DNA from: Octopus bimaculoides
Lineage: Eukaryota
Reading direction: 5' to 3'
NCBI RefSeq assembly: GCF_001194135.2
Contig: NC_068990.1
Span: 37,809,807-37,873,806, forward strand
DNA length: 64,000 nt
Shown here: piece by piece, positions 38,437-49,530 of the stretch
Layout: each line of letters opens with the position of its first letter
How positions within the stretch are numbered: the first letter of the stretch is position 1
Translations under genes and position numbers: made by a program
The notes under the pieces: generated by a model
Database searches by the model: none
What the model saw: the letters and a program-made list of their open reading frames with translations, nothing else
What the model was told of the DNA's origin: nothing

Positions 38437-40554
38437 AATATATNNNNNNNNNNNNNNNNNNNNNNNNNNNNNNNNNNNNNNNNNNNNNNNNNNNNNNNNN
38501 NNNNNNNNNNNNNNNNNNNNNNNNNNNNNNNNNNNNNNNNNNNNNNNNNNNNNNNNNNNNNNNNNNNNNNNNNNNNNNNNNNNNNNNNNNNNNNNNNNNN
38601 NNNNNNNNNNNNNNNNNNNNNNNNNNNNNNNNNNNNNNNNNNNNNNNNNNNNNNNNNNNNNNNNNNNNNNNNNNNNNNNNNNNNNNNNNNNNNNNNNNNN
38701 NNNNNNNNNNNNNNNNNNNNNNNNNNNNNNNNNNNNNNNNNNNNNNNNNNNNNNNNNNNNNNNNNNNNNNNNNNNNNNNNNNNNNNNNNNNNNNNNNNNN
38801 NNNNNNNNNNNNNNNNNNNNNNNNNNNNNNNNNNNNNNNNNNNNNNNNNNNNNNNNNNNNNNNNNNNNNNNNNNNNNNNNNNNNNNNNNNNNNNNNNNNN
38901 NNNNNNNNNNNNNNNNNNNNNNNNNNNNNNNNNNNNNNNNNNNNNNNNNNNNNNNNNNNNNNNNNNNNNNNNNNNNNNNNNNNNNNNNNNNNNNNNNNNN
39001 NNNNNNNNNNNNNNNNNNNNNNNNNNNNNNNNNNNATTGATTATTGAAATTTTTCACTTCATGAATAAATATAAAAATCAAGTGATTAAATCGTTACAAC
39101 AAAAGAAGAGAGAAAAATAAATAAAACTAAATATAAAAGAGAAGAAAGTAAAAAATATTTTTATTGTAACCCATTTTAACTGTATTCTCCAGAAAATAGA
39201 AGCAAGGAGGTGAGGCATTGAAGATATGTTTAAACTTTTGCCTTTTTATTTAATTTATTTTTCCAGTTTTGTTTTATTTTTTTTCTTCCGATGGGAGGAG
39301 GGGAGATTTTTCAGGGTGGTAGTGTGGGCTGGCTCTCTGTTTTTCTTTATCTTTTTTTATTATTTTACTTTGTTTTACATATATTTTTTTTGCCTCTGCT
39401 AGCCCATACTCGTTCCCACCCCTCACCCCCCATATTGTGCCACACTGCACTTGCCACCATCCGCCCCACAAGATAATGGTGAAGAAGTCTGGATGTGTAT
39501 GTTGTCAAATCGATGAAGAAAAACCATGAAATTATTTATTGATCATCATTTATGTATGTATGTTTGTGCATGTGTAGCTATGTATATTTCTGTTTGTATC
39601 TACATGTATGTGTCTGTGTGTGTGTTTATATATATAGTATATATACACATACATATATATGCAGATATATATCCACACACATATGTATGTGTGTGTGTGT
39701 ATATACATATATATATATATGCATATATATGTATATATGTAACCAGTGGGAATGTTTTTTTTCTGACATTATATTCTTAGNNNNNNNNNNNNNNNNNNNN
39801 NNNNNNNNNNNNNNNNNNNNNNNNNNNNNNNNNNNNNNNNNNNNNNNNNNNNNNNNNNNNNNNNNNNNNNNNNNNNNNNNNNNNNNNNNNNNNNNNNNNN
39901 NNNNNNNNNNNNNNNNNNNNNNNNNNNNNNNNNNNNNNNNNNNNNNNNNNNNNATATATATGCATATATATATATATGCATATATATGTATATATGTAAC
40001 CAGTGGGAATGTTTTTTTTCTGACATTATATTCTTAGTATTTATATTTTGATATCTTTTACTTTGTTGCTGTAGTTGTTGTTGTTATTCTTTTTGTTGTT
40101 GTTGTTATTAACTCTATTTCTTATTTATTCACTTATTATTTTATGTGGTGAGTATTATTGACCGAAAAGAAGTTTAAACTTTGTTCATTTCCTTTTTTTT
40201 CTTCTTTTTTCTTTATTTTTTTTTGTGTTCTAGCAAAAGTATTAAGTGTAAAGTATGTATCGAGCTTTTGCTTCAATAAAATAAAAAAACAATAATCTTT
40301 TTGATCATTGCCTTGTTTCCAAAATCACGAGTCTGAAACTGCTTATAAGTAATAGCCTGCTGAAGCAAAACTGTGCTAGAACATTGGGGAAATGAATGTT
40401 TATGTGGTCAATCTTGTCTTAGGTATTTGATCAGTTATGCTCATTTAATTAATTAATAAATTTGTCAGTCGATAAATATCTTTAAAAAATTTTTTATTCA
40501 CAAGCAAAAATGTGATTTGCAAAAATTACTGTAAGGGTGTGGAATAGATTATTT

Positions 40555-41395
40555 TTGCTTCTTTCTTTTACCTCTAACTTGTTTCAGTCATTGGACCATA
40601 GCCATGCTGGAGCACTGCCTGGAAGGGTTTAGTCAAACAAATCAGCCCAAATACTTACATATTTTTAAAGTCTAGTATTTATTCTGTCTTTTTCCTTAGT
40701 CAGACTACTGAGTCATGGGTACATAAATGTACAAATACCAGCAGTCAAGTGGGTTGGCGCTCCATCAGTTATGACGACGAGGGTTCCAGTTGATCCGATC
40801 AATGACACAGCCTGCTCGTGAAATTAACGTGCAAGTGACTGAGCACTCCACAGACAAGTGCACCCTTAATGTAGTTCTTGGGGGAGATACAGCATGACAC
40901 AGAGTGTGACAAGGCTGGCCCTTTGAAATACAGGTACAACAGAAACAGGAAGAAAGAGTGAGAGAAAGTTGTGGTGAAAGAGTAAAGCGGGGTTCGCCAC
41001 CTTCCCCTGCCGGAGACTCATGGGGCTTTAGGTGTTTTCGCTCAATAAACACTCACAACGCCCGGTCTGGGAATCAAAACCGCGATCCTTCGACCATGAG
41101 TCTGCTGCCCTAACCACTGGTCCATTGTGCCACCTCCACTAGCAGTCAAGTAGTGTGGGTAACAAATGTGAATGCAAGCATACATATATAGATGGAAATT
41201 GTGTTGAAGCCTGTGATATACATATATGCATATGACAGGCTTCCACAGATTTTCCATCTACCAAATTCAGGCACAAGGCATTGGTCAACCCAGGGCCATA
41301 TAGTAAAAGATGCTTGCACAAATTGCTGTGCATTTGGGCTGAATCTGAAACTGCATCACTGCAAAGCAAGGTTCTGAGCCACATGGCCATTCAAT
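40555..41395 (-). mobile_element. Cluster: family A 3' part (40555-40760), family E (40762-41125), family A 5' part (41170-41395)
   Basis: Reverse complements of the family A tail (cttgtttcagtcatt..gccatgctggagcac), the family E head (ggcacaatggaccagtggttagg) and the family A head. This may be one family A copy split by the E insertion. Confidence 0.7.
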
Positions 41396-41860
41396 TCAAT
41401 CAAGGAAAATACAGAGATTCCTCTACATGGCATCTAACTCTGCAAGAAATCACTGCCCAATCATCCTGAAATCATATGATACCATCTTAAAAGCATAATG
41501 TTGTAGATTTAGATACATATGTCTGAAATCAAGTGAAAATGTGAGGTGTCACATCTGGAATATCCTTGATCATTGGTTTCTTCACTCAAAGCTAATTTTC
41601 ATTAAAGAACAATTCTTTCTAGCTTAAGGATAAGACCAAAAATTTGGAAGAGAGAGGAGATTAGTTGATTAGATTGATGACCTCATGACTGGGGGAATGG
41701 AAAGCAGGGTTAACCTACGTGGGATTTGAGCTTGAAAAACATAATGGGCCTGAACAAACACTGCATAATCACTGAACCTGGAGCTTAACTATAGTCTGTC
41801 CATAGGACTTACTAAACATTACCTGACACCTTTGACACTATTACCTCTCATAACCTCTAC

Positions 41861-41906
<46 letters not shown>

Positions 41907-42419
41907 ACATATAGCAGAAAAGCATACTTTCCTGCAAACTATGTTGCTCTTAATGACCCTTTTAACTAGTTAGATATGTTTGTAATCAGTGACACTTGTA
42001 GTCACTGCAATGTAATAATCTGCCAGAGTTTAATGACACTTTATTAATTGAGCTCTTAATTACCGTGGATTTAGTCTTTGATGTTTATACATTAATTCTT
42101 ACTGTGTGCACACACGTGTGTGTGTGTGTGAATTTCTTCCCTAGCGAAATTGATTTTCCAGTGGTGATATCCTTTTTTGTTTGAATGATAATCTCAACTG
42201 AAACAGTAGAAATACTCTCTACCATGTGGTGAGGAAATGATACAAGAACGCTAGATTTACTCTACATGTATGTGACAGATGCCCAAATGCAAACCTGGAC
42301 GTACGTGTAATACTACTACAGGATAGCACAGGGTAAATCTGAAAGTGGATGAGATTTATACTGTGCTCTATGCTCTTAACAGAATATTCCATAACTATAC
42401 ATACACACACACACATATC

Positions 42420-42460
<41 letters not shown>

Positions 42461-42489
42461 AGATGTATGTATATACATATATATGTGTG

Positions 42490-42567
<78 letters not shown>

Positions 42568-42782
42568 GTATTGGCATCTAGAAGACCCAAAGAGTGGCAG
42601 GTAACACTATGTAAGTGGTATGGACAAATCATAGTTAAACTCTTGGTACAATAGTGATATGAGTGAGAAGTCTAATGTGGGTCTTGTATTAGAATGCATA
42701 TGTATATTAGAAAAATGAAATAACAAAGCCAAGGCTGTGAGAAGTTTTCCGGATATTTATAAGAAAAAGATATAAGATATAG

Positions 42783-42828
42783 TCTTACAGCTGTTTCTGG
42801 GATATTATGGATATCCCTTCATCAGAGA
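42783..42828 (-). ncRNA. Minimal type I hammerhead ribozyme (copy 1)
   Basis: Minus strand reads tct-CTGATGA-a-GGGATAT-ccata-ATATCCC-a-GAAAC-agct-GTA/aga. It has an intact core, a 7-bp helix II, a palindromic helix III (ACAGCTGT) and a 3-bp helix I. Predicted cleavage is between 42786 and 42785. Confidence 0.8.
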
Positions 42829-42972
42829 TGATTGGAGACGGTTGAATAGAGGTAAATATCTGAGTTTGAAATAAGGAATTATTATGAAGAAGGAAGATAT
42901 AGGGAATATAGAGGGAAATAAGAGAATGGAAGTAGAAATAAAATATATAAAGATATTGTAGTTGTAGTTCCA

Positions 42973-43095
42973 TTACTCAAGAAAAGTGGTGTATAGAAGT
43001 GGTAAAAACGTTTCCTGTACATGGTATGTAAGTTCCAATAGTAGTTCATGTTTAGTCATTTCAAAGAATGGAGCCGTGGACTCGGTGTTGCTCAT
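42973..43095 (-). other. 40-codon ORF after a branch point, pyrimidine tract and AG; possible truncated PLE ORF start
   Basis: MSNTESTAPFFEMTKHELLLELTYHVQETFLPLLYTTFLE*, preceded by a long CT tract, ctaat and acaag| (acceptor at 43106-43107). No recognisable domain. Confidence 0.3.
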
Positions 43096-43796
43096 TTGAA
43101 AGGGTCTTGTGATGGTAGGAAGATATGTATGATTAGAATGAGAAGATAGGTCAAAATGAAAACGGGAAGAAAAAATGAGAGGAAGAAAGAAAGAAAAGAA
43201 AAAAGAGAGAACATTGAAAAGAGCAAAAAAGTGAAGAAAGGGTGAAAGAAGTGAGAAAAGGAGTGGTAGTTGGTGGTCAAGGTAATGTGAGGGGAGGATG
43301 GGAGAGGAGTGGGGAAGGGATATGAAGCGATGAGAAGGTAAAGTGTGAATAAGTGTGCGATATGTGAGTAGGCGTGATATGATAGAGTTGCATTAAGAGA
43401 TGGGTAGAGAACAGGTATGGATGGGGGTGATACCAAAGGGAGTAGTTATTTTAGTAGTAAAATTTAAAGTGAAGGTAAGAGTACAACGATGTCAAATTTC
43501 TATATGTCTATTAATAGAAATTTGACATCGTTGTATTAGTACCTCCACTTTAAATTTTACTACTAAAACTGTTCCTCACTTTGGTATCACCCCACACATA
43601 CATTTTCTCAATCTATCTCTTAATGCAGCTCTACCATATCACTCTTACTCACATATCTCACACTTATTCACTCATTCTTTATATATTTTATTTCTACTTT
43701 CATTCTCTTATTTCCCTCTATATTCCTTATCTCCTTTTCCATAATAAATCCTTATTTCAAACTCAAATATTTACCTCTATTCAACCACCTCACACC

Positions 43797-43844
43797 GTCC
43801 CTGATGAAGAGATATCCATAGTATCCCAGAAACAGCTGTAAGGC
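43797..43844 (+). ncRNA. Minimal type I hammerhead ribozyme (copy 2, partly degenerate stems)
   Basis: gtcc-CTGATGA-agagatatccatagtatccca-GAAAC-agct-GTA/aggc. Core and helix III are intact; helices I and II carry mismatches or wobbles. Predicted cleavage is after 43840. Confidence 0.7.
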
Positions 43845-44626
43845 TATATCTATATCTTTTTCCTCATAAATGTCCTGAAAACTCCTCACACCCTTGGTTT
43901 GGTTATCTCATTTTGTCTTATATATATATATATATACACACAAATACATACGTACACATACATACATGTACATATTTATATATGTATACAATTATCTATG
44001 TATGTATATTTGCGTGTGTGCATTTGAACATTTGAGGACAGTTTGTTTATATTTGTATTCATATGTGTATATGAAGGTGAGTATACATGTATGACATATC
44101 TGAGACTGAAAAGAAAAAGAAAAAAAAAAAAAGAAAGAGATGAGCTAAGAGGAAATGGTCAGTTAATATAAAAATGTCTGAACGAATAGTAAATTAAAAT
44201 AATTTTCAGATCCAGACAAAAGCAGCAAGTCACAGAAAATGATTAATAGCTTTATCTTATAAAGATAATCATTCAACAAGATTGGGGAATATATGTGTTT
44301 AAATATCAGTGTTTCACTTGTATAAAGATAGAAACATATTTGATATCACAATGTTCATTGTTGATAAACTTTTCAATACTCCCATTATTCGTTTATATGT
44401 TTAACTATATATTAGCAATCTATCTCACTATTTTGTCTCTCTTTGTCATTCTTTTTTTTTCAGTCTTCCTCCCCTCTCTCCCCCATTCTATCTTATGTAT
44501 CTGTTACATTACTTATTTACTTTTTGTACATCAATCTATTTACTCATTCATCAATATGCATTTCAGGATACCTTCCAAGTTATTTATCTATCCATCTATC
44601 TGTTTGTCTGTCTGTTTGTCTGTCTA

Positions 44627-45870
44627 CAAGAGTCAGCTGAAAAGTTCATAGGCTGACCAAAACACTCTCATGGAATGTGACCAAATGAGGTTTCTTTTTC
44701 AACAGAGTCCCTCTCACTATCTATTCACTTCTTCCGTCGATGTTGCAGTGCTTGGATCCCATTGGTGAAGAAGCTTTCATTGCTTTGGTGAAGACGTTAT
44801 CAACAGCAGATATGACATCGTCATCACTGTCATACTAATCCCCAGCTTAGTGCTTTGTTCATGCTGAGGAACAGATGATAGTCCGATGGGGTCGAATCAG
44901 GAGAATAGGGGAGGCTGGTCGACCTTTTCAAAGCCACAGTCATGCACAGCAGCCATTAAAATCAACAGCTTCTGTGCTGGAGCATTGTCCTAATAAAACA
45001 AGCTCCTTTCATCCCTTTTCTTGAGCATTTGGTCATAATAGCCTTTCATAACTGTCTCAGCAAATTGACATAGTACTCTCCCCATTGATTCTGTGACCCT
45101 TTTGAATATAGTTGATAAACACAATGTTGAGGCCATCACTTTCCCTGCAACTGAAACAACTTCAGCCTTCTTTGGAAGTGTTTCCACTGCATGGATTGTC
45201 TCTTTGTATCAGGCTCAAAGGGATCAACCCAACACTCATCCTGGTTTAAGAGATGTTCAAGGAAACCAGCTGGATCTGCCTCAAATAATGTGAGATTTTC
45301 CCGTGATGTGAACAGCTGGCCGTGCTTTTGATCAGCTGTCAGAAGAAACCTTTGTCATGCCAAGACCATTGTGTAGAATATTATCAACTCTCTTGGGAAA
45401 TGCTAAGAGCATCGGCTATTTGATTTAAAATTCAATCACCTGTCATCCGTCACTATGGTAAACAGGATCAATGTTTTCATGAGTGGTGACAGTTGCAGGA
45501 CGCCCAGACCTTGGATCATCTTCAAGATTTTTCTTTTCTTAAATTCAGCTGTCCACTTTTGCATTCTTCATAAAGCTGGAGCATCATTTCCTAATGTAGC
45601 AACCATGTTAGCATGAATGTCCTTGGGGCAAAACCCTTTTTCTGCAGGTACTTAATACCACCATGATGCCAAGCCAAATTTTATCCATTTTGAAGAGAAG
45701 TCACTACAAGTTACTTTTGAAGTCTTCTTTGAACAGTCAAAAATCTGTTCAGCTGGAAAGAATCAGAGTAATTATTTAAAAGAAGAGTTTTGAAATTAAT
45801 GCATACAAGATTTCACATCTGTTGCATCACTCCTTCATAGTCAACATATGAACTTTTCAGTCCAGCCTCC
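44627..45870 (-). mobile_element. Near-full-length mariner (DD34D) transposon, defective
   Basis: TA flanks at 44625-26 and 45871-72. TIRs are caagagtcagctgaaaagttcataggctgac and (reverse complement) ggaggctggactgaaaagttcatatgttgac. Confidence 0.92.
44690..45688 (-). pseudogene. mariner transposase pseudogene
   Basis: MDKIW.., LEDDPRSGRPAT, QDECWVDPFEPDTKRQSMQWKH (D1), SVAGKVMAS, *DNAPAQ (D2), SPDSTPSDYHLF (D3), GIQALQHR, with multiple stops and frameshifts. Confidence 0.92.
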
Positions 45871-45950
45871 TATCTATCTATCTATTTACCTCTGTCCTTC
45901 CCTACCTACCTACCTTCCTCCCTACCTACAAACATACATACATACATACA

Positions 45951-46026
<76 letters not shown>

Positions 46027-46039
46027 GCTCCATCCATCT

Positions 46040-46260
46040 ATAGAGAGATAACATGGGTATGAGAGGAATGTGATGTGCATTAGGGAGAAAGAGAGCTACA
46101 CTGGTATGGAAGTGTGATGACAGGTGAGTAAAAAAGGGATCCGGGTGCTCCAAACAATTTGTAGAAGATGAACACTAAGGAGATTGTGAGGATGTTGTGA
46201 TGAAAGTTGATGTTAGGGGGCTAAGGCTTATGAGGATGACACAGCACTGGGACAAATAGC
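46040..46260 (+). pseudogene. RTE LINE C-terminal fragment
   Basis: GM*CALGRK, LHWYGSVM, EDVVMKVDVRGLRL resemble the RTE C-terminus LRWYGHV..WDEVV..DLR.LGL. Confidence 0.55.
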
Positions 46261-47585
46261 CAGCCCATACACACATGGAAATGAATGCTAACATGAAGAC
46301 GATAACACACAGACATACACACAATCGTGCACGAGCACGTACGTGTCATCACAATCATTATCATTCTACGTCTGCTTTCCTTACTGGTAGGAACTTGACA
46401 TGTTGTCACGATTGAGATAATCACTTACTCATAGTTACATTTTCAGATGTTTATGAAGACTATGCTATGGTCATATTTTCCCCTTTTGGCCTGATCACTA
46501 TGATTGCATACCCTTCTTTGCACTAACTACATTATAGTGTGTAGAGGATATATTTTATTGTCACCGGTGCTAGATATGCCTTTAACTAGTCGAACCTTTT
46601 GACACTATTTTGTCTCCATTCCTTTGCTTACTACTTACTGTATGCTGGGTATATTTTATGATGGCACCTACAGTAGTAAGTTTGACTTGTACCCCGTAAA
46701 ATGTAAAAGTTTTTAACTCATTATAATGTGTTCATTCACACAGGACAACATGAACAACAGTGAATAGCAATGACAAAGAGAAAGAGAGAGAGAGGGGTGC
46801 GAGAGGGTGATGGAAATAGACAGACAGGCTGATAGAGAGATAATAGAGAAAATGACTAGAATTAGTAGATGAAGAAAAGGAAATTAGGATGATAGAAATA
46901 GTTATTGGTTTCTGAGAGTCGTAATAGGAAAGAGATAGTAATTAATATCAGTATATGTAGGAAACAATAAAGTAATGTCAATAAGTGATCGGGAAAACCG
47001 AACGATGACTAGTAGTACAAAGCAGTAGTAGAGTGTATTTGGTACAAAGGGACGTGATGCTACTTTTTATACATAAAACTTGTGATGAGCAAATGAGGTA
47101 ATATTAAGAATGGTGGTAAGCAGATGGAATAAGAAGAGATCCTACATCATTTCTCATCGCACAGGCAGCGTAGTACAGTGAATATGAGAGGGGTGAATGT
47201 TAGAGAGAGATAAGACAGCATATGAAATCCAATGTTATTTGTAGTTACCCAATTAACAGGATACAGTGAATAGTGAGGAGTTGCTCTATCATCATTCATC
47301 ACACAAAAATTGCATGCACAGACTATACAGAAATGTGCACTCACATGCATACATATATAGACATGTTATTAATGTACTGGAAGCATAAATATACAACACT
47401 GTGAAAATGGATAAATGTTTCCTTTTAATATAATTTATGCTAATTTCTGGAAGCTCAAAGTTCCATGCTTACAGAAATCAGAAACAATTTACATCATTTG
47501 TAATTTGAATTGGAGTTAAATGAATATTGGTTTTCATCAGCATGTTACCTTGGGTCCCAGAAAGTTAACATAAATTCGCTTAAAT

Positions 47586-47642
<57 letters not shown>

Positions 47643-48984
47643 GTGCGTATGTTCATAATCAAGATTATTATTTTCATGCAATTTTAAAAATAGGTGGACA
47701 TTATGATGAAAACCCACACTGAGAGATGATAAAATTCAATATAAAATTTGTTTCATATGATGGTTTATTTAACCGGGGAGTTTGTCCTCAACAACACTGA
47801 ACAGTCATTTTTCTTTATAACTTCATGTGTTTATGTCACGGTTAATAAAAACGCTCATCATGCTTTTGAGAACATCTTTTCTGTGATATGAAATAAAGTG
47901 ACAGTTATTGGAAAAGCTTGGTATATTATGGATATTTTTGTGAGATGCAGAAGAGGTAATTCAAATTTTCAACTGAAGGATTTAAATTCCTATGTATGAC
48001 AGATTTGTCGTTAGGAAAAGAGATGTGATTTAATCAAAGCCATAATAATAAAAAAAAAAAAAAATTATAAATACAAATAGTTATAGTGTATATACAAATG
48101 AGTAAAAAGATATCTAGCTAGCTAGTTTGATTTATTTTGGAATCAATGAAAATAAGTACAAGTTACTCTCTAGGACCGATGTAATCGACTAGCCCCCTCC
48201 CGCCTCAAATTTCAGGCCTTGTGCCTTGAGTAGAAAGGATTATATTAAAATGTAAGCCTGTAAACTTCAGTGCTCTGAAAACTGCAGATTTAGAGAAAAT
48301 AAAAGCTATGTTATATTATGTTAAAGTAGTCAAATTATGTTTAAGTGATTTTAAATGATTTTTTTCAAACTGATTCTGAATTCACTCCTGGATGTTAGGG
48401 ACTGTTCTAATATTAATATTAATCTTGTTAAGTATTTACTTTTGATTAATACGATTTCAGATTACACAGGATGGATTAGCTTGTATTTCCAGATGGATTT
48501 CAGATTAACTATTATAAAAATTAATGTCTAGCATTTTGATAATATCGCTAATCTTTCATCAATTTTAAACATATCTGATAAGGCCATAGTCACTTAATGT
48601 TCATATACTGTATATCTGTAGACTAGTTCTTATATATTTTTGAGCTCTCTTATTAATAATTTGCCTATGTAAAATCCTTTCAACTTCATAAAATATCTTA
48701 GTTACATTTGTAAAAAAACAAGACTCATCAATTAACTTTTATTTCTTTCTGTAAGCACATGAAAGATTTCCTTATAAGCACAATGATTTGTGTAACTATG
48801 ATGTAATTACACAGAAAGTGTCAAAGCCAACTGTTGTACAATAACTCATTTATCACACACACACACATGCGCACAAACACACACACACACACTCACACAC
48901 ACACACCACATCACACCACATGAACACATGTATATATAGACAGAAGACACAGAATGAAAAATGCAAGATGCCAGCTGTTATATA

Positions 48985-49135
48985 CAATACATATACTAAG
49001 AAATGCGAATATTTGGGGTATTGCCTTGTTGAGGGTCTTAATCAAACAAGGGGACCCCAGTACTTATTCTTAAATTTAGCACTTCTATCGATCTCTTATT
49101 GCTGGAATGCTAAGTTAAGGGAGCATAAAGCAAAT
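48985..49135 (-). mobile_element. SINE family A, 3' part
   Basis: aatcaaacaaggggaccccagtacttatt...cttattgctggaatgctaagttaaggg. Confidence 0.6.
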
Positions 49136-49231
49136 ATTCCGGGTCTTTCAGCTAGTCTGTACAGCAGGCCATACAAAATTAAACAGTACCCTGTAAATTC
49201 TTGTATATATCAATGGTATAGTTGGTACATA

Positions 49232-49530
49232 CAGGGTGGGGCAGAGAGGACAGAAGATTTTGAAATGACTATTACTCAGCCCCTGTGGGAGGGACATATG
49301 TCCAACAGGTACCATTTGGTCCATGGTGTCTTAGCATTTCTTTTGTTTTGTTTTCAGGTAAAGCCATGGCATTGTGGATGATAGAGTATCTCGTGTCTGC
49401 CTACAACAGTTACATGAAGAATAATGAGTCTGTCACAGCAGTTCAATGTGAGTTTCAGCACCACTTCAACATTCCTCGAAATCAGGCAGTTCCCACTTGA
49501 ATGTTGGGTGAATGCACTTCGTACATGAGC
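49232..49530 (+). mobile_element. 5' fragment of a Tc1/mariner-superfamily transposon (DUF4817-type HTH N-terminus)
   Basis: TA|cagggtggggcagag terminus. ATG 49366 gives MALWMIEYLVSAYNSYMKNNESVTAVQCEFQHHFNIPRNQAVPT, then frameshifted WVNALRT. Confidence 0.75.

Larger units (their letters stand above)
42705..43925. mobile_element. Head-to-head palindromic non-autonomous element, Penelope-like (PLE)-derived, with one hammerhead per arm
   Basis: The 22 bp arms 43482-43503 / 43514-43535 are a perfect inverted repeat around a 10-nt spacer. 43335-43500 inverts 43510-43680, and 42705-42955 inverts 43676-43925. The left arm carries ~380 extra nt. Both outer ends lie in TA-rich sequence (the right end runs directly into (TA)n). 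Confidence 0.8.

Noticed and set aside
39700-40037. Identical ~75-nt sequence on both sides of a gap
   Set aside because: Typical scaffolding overlap artefact; cannot be distinguished from a real duplication without reads.
42240-42350. [19 protein letters not shown] pattern suggesting a GIY-YIG endonuclease next to the PLE-like element
   Set aside because: It requires switching frames, lacks the YIG motif, and is too weak to call by eye.
46641-46669. 29-nt minus-strand micro-exon candidate (ctgtag|GTGCC...CATACA|gtaagt)
   Set aside because: Weak pyrimidine tract; such pairs are expected by chance in 64 kb.
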